This document shows positions 46,484 through 58,313 of a stretch of 64,000 nucleotides of DNA, piece after piece. How positions within the stretch are numbered: position 1 is the first letter of the stretch; every line of letters begins with the position of its first letter. The position numbers and the translations under genes were made by a program. This DNA is from Microbotryum violaceum (lineage: Eukaryota). The stretch covers positions 1,364,001-1,428,000 of the forward strand of contig CDLV01000006.1 of the NCBI GenBank assembly GCA_001244265.2. The letters are read 5' to 3'. A model generated the notes under the pieces. It had not been told where the DNA came from, did no database searches, and was given only the letters and a program-made list of their open reading frames with translations.

Positions 46484-49400
46484 ATGATCTATCCCCAGCA
46501 ACGCCGACGACAGCAGAGGGTCGCTACTCCTGGCCGCATCGCTCTGGCGGCCGGTCTCGCCTCGGCGCTGTCGGCGCAAGCGATCGCCTTGCCCGCCAGT
46601 GGAGCGGCCGGTGCTCGTCCCAGCGCTATCGTGGGCGAGTCGACGCCGCGCAAGAGTATCAACTTTGGTCCCCATGTCCCCGCCAAGCACCACACCTCGG
46701 CTAGCCCCGATGCGAGCATCGCCATGTGGAATGCGAGCCCCTTCAAAGCCTCGTTCGGCACGGAGCCCTCGGCGTATGGCGCCACCTCGACGGCGGCCAA
46801 CCTCGTCGGTTCTGCTGTAGCCCAAGCCTTTGGTCAGTTCAGCCTTGAGGTCCTTGACGGGTGACTGATCTCTACCGTATCCGGACATCTGACCCTCGTC
46901 GCCTCTTCTCCCGATCGATTATCCGATGCCGTGCTCGCTTGGGGCCTCGCCGCGCTCGTCCGTCGATTGCCACCGACAGTCGAGTCGGTGCACCCTTCGT
47001 CCCAGTTCCGCCTCGTCAATGGCTACGTGTCCAAGCACAACAACGTGTATCATGCCCACTTCCTCGAAACCGTCGGTGGCATCGATGTCGCCAACGGTAA
47101 CCTGAACGTAAAGTAAGTACCTGTCTACTGCAGTGCCCGCTCGGCGCTGCCCCGCTCGGCGTCTTCCCGCCTCCGCCGCCGCAGGCTCGAGTCAGCGAAC
47201 ATGTGATCGAACTCGGCTCGCCCTGGCCCGACTCGGCCGAGCTCGCGCTTGCTCCCTTCCACCTCGCGATCGCCGAATGTGAGACTGAAGCATTGACCAA
47301 TATACACCTACCCCATCCTAGTATCGATCTCGATACCAACGAGATTGTCTCGTACGGTGATAGCTCATTCGCCAGCTCCAACGTCGACTCGTCATCATCG
47401 TCGGCGTCGTCTTGGAAGGCCAAGGTTGCGAGTTGGGCTGCCGAGGCCGAAGAGTCGGCCGAAGAGGCATTCGACGCCGCCTCGCAGACCGTCTTCGGCG
47501 ACAATGGTCCTCAGGGCGAGAAGAAGGACGACTTTGAGATGTATGCGTCGCCTCCCTTGGTCCCAGAGGGCAAGATGACTCGAGTCGTCCGAAAAGCCGC
47601 GACCAAGCCCAACGATCCCCGTCATGGTCTGCTCACTTTCCTCGCTGTGCAATCGCCCAGCTCTGACCTGAGCGAGCTTCTCGTCTCGGCTCCTCGTGCC
47701 GAGCTCGTCGACTCCCTGGAGGTTGAACGTGTCATTGGCGCTACGCACGCCCACACCATCTTGAATGCTCCTTCGGCGCTCGAGCCTGTCAAGGCCACCC
47801 TCACGTATGTTCACGATGGCAAGAAGCTCCAGCTCGCCTGGAAGTACGAGATTCTGTCTGACGACAATCAATACGAGGCCTACGTCCAAGCCGATGCCGC
47901 CGTCTCGGGCGACGAGGAGGTTTTCCTCGTCGTCGACTGGGTTCGCGACTACCGCCCCACCGGTGGCGAGATGGGCATCGAGGCGCTGATGACTCCCATG
48001 GCTCTCGGAAAGCGCTCGAAGCTCGCCGGTGCCTTTGGCGGCCAACGCAAGGCGGTTGAATTCTCTAAAGGTCGCGTTGGCACCGTCGTTGGTGGATCGA
48101 TGCATGAGGCCGAAGCGCTGCTGCGCGATTTCGCGGCTCCCACGGTCCCCGACAAGAACGCCAAGCCTTTCTACAAAGTCTTCCCTTGGGGTGAGAACGA
48201 TCCTACGGAGGGCAAGCGCGAGCTTTTGAGCGGCAAGAAGCTCCTCATGGACGACGAGGCCTCACCCTCGGGCTGGCACACCGTCGAGTCCGAGTTCGAG
48301 CATGAAGAGGCTACGCTCTACTCGGACACGCGAGGCAACAATGTCTTCGCGCAGGACAACGTCGATGGTGGCAACTCGATGAACGGTCACCGACCTTCCG
48401 GCGGAAAGTCGCTTACGTTCGATTTCAAACTCGGATGGCCCAAGGCTGGAACTCCTTTGGAGCCTAGCAGTACGTCTCAAGATTGTTTTATCCTCTGGGA
48501 AACTGCACTCCCGTAGATCAGGAATGCACCGACCTGGCAGAATGCTGATAAATGCCCATTTCCCATTCCTGCAGCTTACATTGATGCGGCCATCACGGAG
48601 CTTTTCTACACAAACAACCTTATTCACGACTTGTTCTACCGCTATGGCTTCGATGAAGTGTCGGGTAACTTCCAGTACGTCTCTCATTCTCCCTCGACCG
48701 TCGGTCTCGCTGTCATCCCTGACGCTCGCTGTTCTTGTCCTTCAGGGAGAACAACTTTGGACGAGGAGGTCGAGGCGGCGATGCTGTCCAAGCCAATGCA
48801 CAGGACGGTTCGGGTGAGCCCAACTCAGCACGACCTGTTCTTCTTTTAGAGACTGATGACCCTGAGTATGATGCGCAGGCCAAAACAACGCAAATTTTGC
48901 CACACCCCCTGATGGAAGTCGGCCTCGTATGAGGATGTACTACTGGACCGGCAGTCAGCCGTACCGCGATGGTGACTTCGAGGCCGGCATTGTCATCCAC
49001 GAGTACGCGCATGGTATCTCGACTCGTCTCACCGGTGGCCCCGCTCAATCGGGCTGCTTGGGCTGGGGTGAGGCCGGAGGTATGGGAGAAGGATGGGGTG
49101 ACTACTTTGCGTCGACAATTCGCATGATCGCGGCGGATCAGACCGATGTGACGATGGGCGAGTGGGCCTCCAGCCGAGAGGGGGGTATCCGCAACTACCC
49201 CTACACGCTCAACTTGACAACCAATCAAGATACCTACAAGTCGCTCGACAAGCCCGGCTACTGGGGCGTCCACGCGATCGGCGAGGTTTGGGCTGAAATG
49301 TGCTGGGAGATGATGCACAATCTCATCCAGAAGCATGGATGGGAGCGCTCGCTCTTCCCTCCCGCGCCCGCTGATGCGGACAAGAGCGATTTCTACAACC

Positions 49401-49843
49401 CTAACTACAAGAAGAAGGTGCCTGCAAAGGGCAACACCTTGGCCATGCAGTTGGTTGTCGATGGACTCAAGCTTCAGCCTTGCCGCCCCACCTTCCAGAA
49501 CGCTCGTGACGCTATCTTGGCCGTAAGTCGCTCGGGACCCAGTCGTCTCTCAAGCAGCTCGAATCTGACACCTTTGTCTTGCTGCATTGTACATAGGCCG
49601 ACAAAGCTCTTACCGGCGGTGACAACCAGTGCGAGATCTGGAAGGCCTTCTCGAAGCGTGGTCTCGGACCCGACGCTGTATGTGCCTCTTGTTGCGTATC
49701 ATTGGATCCAGGTGATTGTTTGCTAAACAGTCACGGTGCCACTTCCTCCGCAGGTTGTTGTCGGCTCTACGCCTTGGGGTGGAGGAGTCCGCACCGAGGA
49801 CTACAAGTTGCCCAAGACGTGCGCGAACAGAAAGTCTTCGTAA
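46484..49843 (+). CDS. Fungalysin (M36) extracellular zinc metalloprotease
   Basis: Hydrophobic N-terminal segment, FTP-type propeptide, [17 protein letters not shown], zinc motif HEYAH and [23 protein letters not shown]. Confidence 0.93.
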
Positions 49844-51051
49844 ATGTGAGCTCATCTGCAGCACTCTCGGTAATTATGATCCCTCAGACACTGACATGAC
49901 AGTCTCTCGGTGCAGCAGTCCTTACACCCATTGCATTGCGCACTGCGCCTGATTATCGTCGACTATCACTATCTCGAGTCATTCCTTGTATGTGTACACA
50001 ATTTGTCATACACACGCACCTAGCCCAGTTCCCTCACGTTCCTCAATCCTCCATCGCCTGTTCTCGCACTTTTGTAGTTATTCTCTGCGTTCATGTCAAT
50101 TGCTCATGCTACATCGTATCTCAATTTGCGTGTGCGACCGTGCGAGCTTGGCCGACAGAGAGACACTTCTTCTTCAACACAAATATTGTGTACAACATAA
50201 AACTTTTCCGTGTGGCGAATATGTCGCCGCGGCAACCCGGCAAATCTGTATGTTCGATCGACGACCGCGGGATCGACCCATCGGAACAGCGTGATCAGCA
50301 GAGATCCCCGAAATACATTAACTTACCGCTCCTGAGTATCTATTTGCGCAAAGCTGCCTCGAACACCGCCAACTACTTGAAGCTACAGCGGTAACGTTAC
50401 CTCGGAATCATGCCGAGCTCGATTGAGCCCAGCGCGCCTGCTGTTATTGATAACGAATCGCTGCGGCCTTGATTAACAGTTTATGATATCCGTGGGTTGT
50501 GCAAGCACTTGTCCCCGACAAAGCTATTGCTGATGATGTGCTCGTGGAAGAGGTGGCTGGATGTACCCGTAAATGTGACTCATGAAGACGGGCCCACGCT
50601 CGCTTGTCTTTCGTTTCCGCAGAAAATTGAAGCCGTGCGCACGCACTACCTTCGATTTGCACCGAAACACAATGATAACCAACATTTTGAGATCCTATCA
50701 GAGAGGATTCCTTTTGTCGCCAACTCGGAAAAAGACAAGCATGGAAGGCTGTGAAGGAATAGTATTTGGCATAAGAAATGAATCGAAGGAGGATCGAGGT
50801 ATGCGAAAGGAAGGAATGAAGAGTGGGATGGGTAGGGTTGATCGCTTTGATAGACACGTAAAAAGGGAAGGAAGAAATCAGAGCGGAAGAAGAAAGAGAA
50901 GATACCCCAAAAAGAAGAAACGGAAAAAAGGTGGTGCGAACAAAGATCCTTTTCCCGCACAGACCAAAAAAGGGGTGGAGCCAGCATAAACGGAAAGAAC
51001 CGGAAGAACGGAGATTAAACAGACGTTTTAATTCTTCAAACCCCCTTTTCT

Positions 51052-53883
51052 CTATTCTTGCGGCTCCTCCTCGTATGCGACCTCCTCCTCATCGTCGACG
51101 CCAGCCTCTTGGTATTGCGTGTACTCGGCGATGAGATCGTGCATGTTGGCCGAGGCTTCCGAGAACTGAAGTGGGGCGGCAAAGGGGAGATGTCAGATAA
51201 GGTTTGATCTCGTCACCAAAAGGCCTGAACGAGGGGACTAACCTCCATCTCGTCCATTCCTTCTCCGGTGTACCAATGCAGGAAAGCACGGCGTCGGAAC
51301 ATGACGTCGAAGCTGAGGGAAGTCGGGACAAGGATGAGCACGCAATCGTGCAAGACTAATTAGGCAGCCCAATCACTCACTGGTCGCCGACACGCTTGAA
51401 CAGCTCTTGGATCGAGGTGTTGTTACCGATGAAGGTGACGGACTGAGGTAGTCGCGATTGATTTGAAGGTCAGCAACCGGGCTCGTAGGATAGCGTCCGA
51501 TCGATTAAGTTCTCACCATCTTGAGGCCTCGGGGAGCGACCTCGCAGTGTGCGGACTGAACGTTGTTAGGGCTATCGGAAAAGACGCGGAACCGATCAAT
51601 AAATGACTTTAATCTCTTCCAAATGATGTGCCCTGCCAAAACCCCACTCACATCCACTCAACAAAGTATTGCGAGTTCTTCTGTTGAATCGAGACCATCT
51701 GGTCCTCGACCTCCTTCATCGAGACCTTGCCGCGGAAGTACGCGGCAACGGTCAAGTAACGACCGTGACGGGGGTCCGATGCGGCCATCATGTTCTTGGC
51801 GTCGAACATTTGCGCCGTCAGTTCGGCGACGGTCACGGCGCGATATTGCGACGAGCCGCGGGCGGTCAGGGCTGGTAAAGTATACGTCAATACGGAGCCA
51901 TCGGTCAGCACGAACGAACAATATGGCTAACACCAAGTAAACTCACGAGCGAAGCCGACGGTGAAGAAGTGAAGACGAGGGAAGGGGACCATGTTGACAG
52001 CCAACTTGCGGAGATCGGAGTTGAGTTGACCGGGGAATCGCAAGCAGGTGGTGATACCGGACATGACAATCGAAACGAGGCCGTTGAGGTCGCCGTGAGT
52101 CGGTGCCGAGAGTTTAAGAGTGCGGAAGCAGATGTCGTCTACAATGGAGGACATGGTGTCAGCCAGCCGGCTCTCATCCAGGACGAGAGAACTGCAGACT
52201 CACAAAGAGCCTCGTTATCAATGCAGAAAGTCTCGTCCGAGTTCTCGACGAGCTGGTGAACCGAAAGGACGGCGTTGTAAGGCTCGACAACGGTGTCCGA
52301 GACCTGTTTGGAAGGATTACAAGAAGCTTACATGAGCGGATGTGTCGGCACAGTTTGGTCAACTCATTGCATACCTTGGGTGAAGGAACAACGGAGAAGG
52401 TGGCCATCATTCGGTCGGGGAACTCTTCACGGATCTTGGAGACAAGGAGTGTACCTGTTGGCGTCACGCGAGAAGTGGGACGTCAGCACGCGCCGTTCAC
52501 GCCTCGAGAGAATTAGTTCTCGTCGCACCCATGCCGGAACCCGTTCCTCCACCAAGCGAGTGAGTCAATTGGAACTGTGATCGCGTCCGACCCCGACGTC
52601 AGCATCCCAAATTCCCCACCCCACCCCACCCTACACGAGCCCAGGCTCTGTTCGGACTCACACCCTGGAGGCAGTCGGTCCCTTCGGCCTCCTTCCTGAC
52701 CACGTCCAAGACCTGGTCGACCAGCTCGGCACCTTCGGTATAGTGACCTTTTGCCCAGTTGTTACCGGCACCGGATTGACCAAAGACGAAGTTGTCGGGT
52801 CGGAACAGGCCGCCGAGGGGTCCACCTTGGATCACGTCCATCTAATGAAGCAACCGATCCGAGATCAATTTCCGTTTTCAAAGTATTGGAGAAGCCCAAA
52901 CTCTCCACAACTGACTGTGCCGGGCTCCAAATCGACGAGAACGGCACGGGGCACATACTTGCCCGTCCCGGCCTCGTTGTAGTAGACGTTGATGCGCTCG
53001 AGCTGGAGATCCGTCGTACCAGTGTACCTGTCGCGATGCAAACAAGCCGATGATACACATCAATACTTCGCGTTTGACGCCGAACACGACATGTCGTCAC
53101 TTGTATGCGTCGCGTATCGCTTACTGTCCCGAGCCGTCGATGCCGTGTTCCTCCGAAACGACCTCCCTGTCAACGTTCGAGATCGGAGTCAATATGTGCC
53201 CGACAGTAGGTCACCTGGATGGCTCAAAAGTACTGACCAGAATTTGGTACCAATCTGTCAGCCGGACAAGGAAGAGGGCGAGGGGGCGAGAACGAGAAAC
53301 GCCAGAAAGGGCCGAGAGGGAACGAAGACACAAGAAAGCAGAGAGGCTCGATCAGCGTTCCGGGACTGGGCGATGGCATCAAACGTCTTGTCGACAGGTA
53401 GAACAACACTGCGCCGCCAGCAGGATGGTGGTGATTGCGTAGTACTGCCTTCTCCCTGCGCGCGGCCCAAACGAGCCGGGCGTCGTGGCATCGACAGGGA
53501 TTCGGGATCGTGCCTCATTGATTGCGCCGACGGCGGTAGTTGGTGCTTCCGACTCACTTGGTTACCGCATTGTCTAGTTGAAGCAACCACCCGAACATAG
53601 TCAGCTCACCCGAAACCTGATGATCAGACGGCTCTCCCCGGGTGGTGTTGCTCGTCGCGATTTCGGCCCTGCTCTTTCTCCCACTGGCCTCCACGCGGCC
53701 GGGCATTCGCTCGGCGGCCCATCTACTGCAGGGCCTGGGCCAACGTTGAGGCGCGCGCGCGCGGAGGGCCAAACGAGGGTGGAGGGTGGAGGGTGGAGGG
53801 GGGAGGGGGGAGGGGGTGAGAGGGGGGGTGACTGCATCGGTTTAGTCGACTGACCCAGCTTGGAGAGAAACGATTTCCCTCAT
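51052..53883 (-). CDS. TUB2: Beta-tubulin, many short exons
   Basis: [57 protein letters not shown] and acidic tail. Micro-exons 53558-53573 and 53238-53254. Confidence 0.97.
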
Positions 53884-54632
53884 TTCTTATTCTGCTCGGG
53901 TCGGACCAATGTCGAGATTCGTGAGTTGACAATCAGGGCGAGACGGGGGGCGCGGCGACAGGGTGGTACAACAAGACGCGAAAGGGGGGGAGCCGCACAA
54001 AGTGAGCGCAACGACGCGTTGGGTGGGTGAGAGATGGGCGCGCATATGGCAAGCGACAGAGCAGGGGAGAGGGGAAACAGGCAACACAGGTGATCAGCAC
54101 AGAGTACGCATCGGCACACTTGGGATGTACTGACCTGTTGAGGTGGGAACGGGTAAGAGGTATCGAATGGATGTGCTGGGACTGGACTGGGAAGAGAGTC
54201 GCCAGGCGAGGGGAGGGCGCCCCAGGGGAATTGGCCAGCGCCGATCCTGAACTCTAATACCCGGCTCTGTAATGCACCACGCGTTTCCTATCCTCAATTT
54301 CGCCCCGGTCACCGCGGGCCGCCGGGTTGGGCGCCAAACAACGCGCCTCGCCGCCACTCAACTCGGGACCACACTGCACCACTGCCAGTGGCAATGCCCC
54401 GCAGGTGCTTCGATCAATGCGTGTATCAATTACAGTCAAGTACATGTCTGACCGTCCGAAAGAAAGAGAAACATAACAAGGGGAGAAGACGGGCGCAGTC
54501 CGCGGTACGGTCGGAATTGCTCCGGGCCAACTTTCGTCGTCGAAAAATCATTCAACCAGCCCGGGCAACCGGGCCTAGGGAGGGCTGCGACGGCGTGTGG
54601 GGTGACGAATCAGGGGGTGGTGCAGAACAACG

Positions 54633-54633
<1 letters not shown>

Positions 54634-54661
<28 letters not shown>
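54634..54661. repeat. A28 homopolymer between WHI2 3' end and the tubulin promoter
   Basis: Direct reading. Confidence 0.9.
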
Positions 54662-54663
<2 letters not shown>

Positions 54664-54909
54664 CGAGTAGAGATACTGTAGGCGGGCATCGTGTGGGTTC
54701 AGTACATCTGGATATGCTGTGAGAGAGCCGGTTTCTGCGGCTCTGCCCAGCCGAGTCAACCCTCGTGACGCGTGTTTCTCGAGAGTCGAAGCCTAAGCAT
54801 CGGCGACACGGCTGAATTCACGCACTAGTATATATTAAAAGAGCTTCTTCAAAGCAACATATCCGAGGACCAGAGACCGGGAGTACTAGGCGTGTACGGC
54901 CGGCGCCGC

Positions 54910-56452
54910 TCAGATGAGACTGAGTTCCAAAGTCCACACCCGCCGAGCCCAGACTTTGATCTGCCGTGCTTGATCCGTCCCCTCGTCCAATGTCAACTCG
55001 GTCGCGTCCCACCAGCATTTACGCTGTTTCGAGATGGCTCGAACGAGTCAGGACATGAAGCTGGACAGCTCTGGATAGGGCCGAAGACTCACTGCGGGTT
55101 TCCTCCAAAACAGCAGCAGCTTTTGCGCCGTCGCAAGTTGTTGCGCATTGACGTCGACCGACGGTCTGACCGTCTCTCCCTCGGGCAGTGTGATGGGTGG
55201 GTGGGTGATGCCCGTCTTGAGGAGGACCAGGGCGATTGACGCAATGCAGCACCGATTCGGTTCAAGCGAGCGGTAGCCCCACGCGTCGTCCCGTTCGAAG
55301 CCGCTACACGAAAGGAAGCAGGGTCGATGTGGTTTAAAGTATAAGTGATAAAGCTGAGGAAACTTCACATCCTCGTCCAAGGAGCAGAGATGAGGTCGAC
55401 TGGACTCACCTCATGCAGAGCATGTCGATAAGATGCTGCTCGGCGACGTTGTTTTCGCGGTTGACGTTGCGCTGCAGGGCCGTAAAGATGCTCTTGCGTT
55501 CCAGCAAGGCTTTACCGCAGTCCATCTTGAGCTGCAGCAGGGACTTGTTGGGTTTGCCCGCCTCGTCCGTCCCTGCAACCTCGTCAGCTGTTGTCGGTGG
55601 GTGCTTCTCGTCGATGAAGCTGTCGCCTGCGGCGCTGAATTTGCCTTTGGGTGGAATCGCAAAGTACTCGAGTTCCTCGCGCAGTACGATAATGGCTTGT
55701 TTGAGAAAGAGCGGGTTGGGTATGTTGTTGGCAGCAGCCTGGGCGGATTCGGACAGGTTCCGTCGTGGCCCTTGCGGCGGACCGTAAAAGGCGTCGCGTG
55801 CGGTGGCAAAGAAGTTGAGCACAAACTCGAGGCATTTCGCGTCAAACTGGGAACATCAAGGATGATGTTCCGGGGCGGGGGACGGTCAGCATCCTGTCAT
55901 GCCGGGTAGAGAATCTTGGAAAAGGGCGGGTGAACGAGTTGGGTCTTTGTGGTTGGCCGTTGGCCAACCACGTGAGCGCCGGCCCATTCGACGAAGCTGA
56001 CAGGGTGGCAGCCGAGGAGTAGATACAGCACCATCACCCGCAGAGTATACCATCCCGGGAGAAGCGAGCCCCAAGCGAGGACGATGATGCTCAAGCTCGA
56101 GTAGTCGGATGAGCCTCTACGGTGTCGATGACGGCGGACGGGGTCATACGCGAGGTCATACGATCGGGCCACTAGGCAGCTTGAGAGGCAGCTGGCGGAG
56201 CTGCTCCAGGCTCAAGGAGCCAAGACTCACATCGACAAAGTAGACGTCCTCGCCATCGTCAACATCCTGGGTGCCATCGAGTCGAGGTTGTCGCTGTGCC
56301 GAGAGCACGACGCCGTTGGGAAACAGACACAGCAGCACGCTCTCGGGCAACTCCATCAACGCCTCACGCTCGAGCGAGAGCCGGTGGCCACGCAGGCCGA
56401 GCGAGACGTTGGTCGGCGCCGTCGAGCTGGACGGGTCTGATTGGTATTCCAT
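54910..56452 (-). CDS. WHI2: Whi2-like BTB/POZ growth-regulation protein
   Basis: REALMELPESVLLCLFPNG, VD|FDAKC, IIVLREELEYF, EQHLIDMLC, KLLLFWRKPARKCWWD, VWTLELS. Confidence 0.88.
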
Positions 56453-56644
56453 GTTGTGCGGGGGGCGATGCGGTGTGAGAAGGCTCAGGAAGAGAGGAGC
56501 ACAAGTGGGGGACGACTCGGGTGATCGAACGCCGCGCTGGGCTGCTGGAGTGCTGCTGGCTGTTGCTGGGCCAGGGCCGCCGTGGAGCGCCGCTGCCACC
56601 CGGCGCCAGGCACAAGCGGAAAGGGGGTGCGGAGCGTGCGATTG

Positions 56645-56677
56645 GCCTGACGCAGCCGAGCCTGACGCAGCCGAGCC
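56645..56677. promoter_or_regulatory. Tandem 15-bp duplication (GCCTGACGCAGCCGA)x2 next to a reverse CCAAT box, in the WHI2/FSH1 divergent promoter
   Basis: Direct reading. TGACGCA resembles a CRE/bZIP half-site; the function is inferred. Confidence 0.4.
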
Positions 56678-56905
56678 AGGCCAGAGTGATCATTGAGTGC
56701 GCTCAGTCTCTTCCTCCCTATCCCCCTCCTCGCTCCTCGCTCCTTTTACGGCATCGATACAACTACGCGACACAACAAGAGCGTTGCATACATCTCCGGC
56801 CCCTCCTCCACACCACCCAGCACTTCCCGGCTCGAGCGATTGATTGGTCTTCTCGTACTTGCCGCGGTCATCGCAGCTCCGTCCTCGCACTCCCGTCCCG
56901 CGGCC

Positions 56906-57994
56906 ATGAACTCGTCCGCCACTGCTCCCTCCACCTCATCCATCTTTTCCAGCCCCAACGCTAAAGATCAACCATCCGAAATGGTACGGGTTCCCTCCAA
57001 CGTCGTGCGCGTCTTGATGCTCCCCGGATACACCCAGAACGCGACTATCTTCAAGGGTCGCATGGGTGCCATCAAGCGCTCCTTGCCGGCCTCGGTCGAG
57101 CTCGTCTTTGTCGATCCTGCAAGTCCATTCATTGGCACCAGTTCGGACCGTCGCTGTGATCAGAATATATAGACTCATACTAGGCATTCCTTCACCAGAC
57201 GCACGTTGTCGACATGCCGACCAACTCGTCCGCCGATTTCGACTCGTCGGCAACTTCGAATTCCGACTCCCCGGAGACGACCCCGCGGTGCTGGTGGTAC
57301 GCCGAAGAAAAGGAGGTTAGTGATCTGGCGCAATCTCAACGTGTTTCCATTGGAGTACTGATCATGATATTTTGATCAACAGGGGTATCGGCATTTCGCC
57401 AAGATGGACGAAACACTGGAATACCTGCGTGAATTCATCATCACCCAGGGCCCCTTTGACGGGTGTTGGGGCTTCAGTCAAGGTAAGACTACCCTCGGTT
57501 CGTGGGCGGAACAACAAAACATATCGCTTATGCTCATCACTCTCCCTGCAGGTGCCGCGTGCGCTGCAATCTTGACTGCGCTCGTGGAAAACCCTTCTTT
57601 GCACCCCATCTTTGCCCGAGACGGACCGAACTGGCCCCCAGCGCCATTCAAGTTCTCCATCCTCAGCGCCGGCTTCATGCCCCAAGACCCAACCATGGCT
57701 AAACTATTCGACAAACCTTTACACACCCCGACCGTTCATGTCCTCGGTCGAGCGGACACGATCGTCTCGAACGATCGATCGACGCCTTTGGCCGAAGCTT
57801 TTGTCGACGCGAGGGTCGAATGGCACGAGGGGGGTCATCATACGCCTTCCAAGGCTTCCTGGAGACATTTCTTCAAACATTATTTGGAATTATTTGGACT
57901 GGATGGACCGGGCAAGGAAGGGATCGATTCGCTGCCTTCGCCGTCGTTCGGGACTTCGTCAGGGACAGCGACGCCCGAAGGGGGGAGACTGTGA
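56906..57994 (+). CDS. FSH1/OVCA2-family serine hydrolase; first intron is GC-AG
   Basis: VLMLPGYTQNATIF, RCWW, GPFDGCWGFSQG nucleophile elbow, HVLGRAD, HEGGH. Confidence 0.9.
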
Positions 57995-58313
57995 ATGTGC
58001 AAGTGGGGCACTCGCCTTGAGCACGAGGGAGGTGTAGTATAGATTGCGACTAGTTAGACTGTACAAATAAGTAAATACACACGGACTGCTGCAAGTGCTG
58101 CGCCCGATAGCGTAGTCCAAGCTAAAAAAATAATTTCAGCGCGAGTGAATGTCGGCTTCTCCACACCGGCCACAGCAAGCAGCATGCTGCTCCGCGCACC
58201 TGCTCCGGGCGCCTCTTTCCCCGCGCCTCTGAGCCGAGAGCCAATCGGGACCGGCCCCTTTCGTTTCTCGCTTTCTCCTCCTCTCCAACTGAACCCCCAC
58301 CTCCATCACGATC

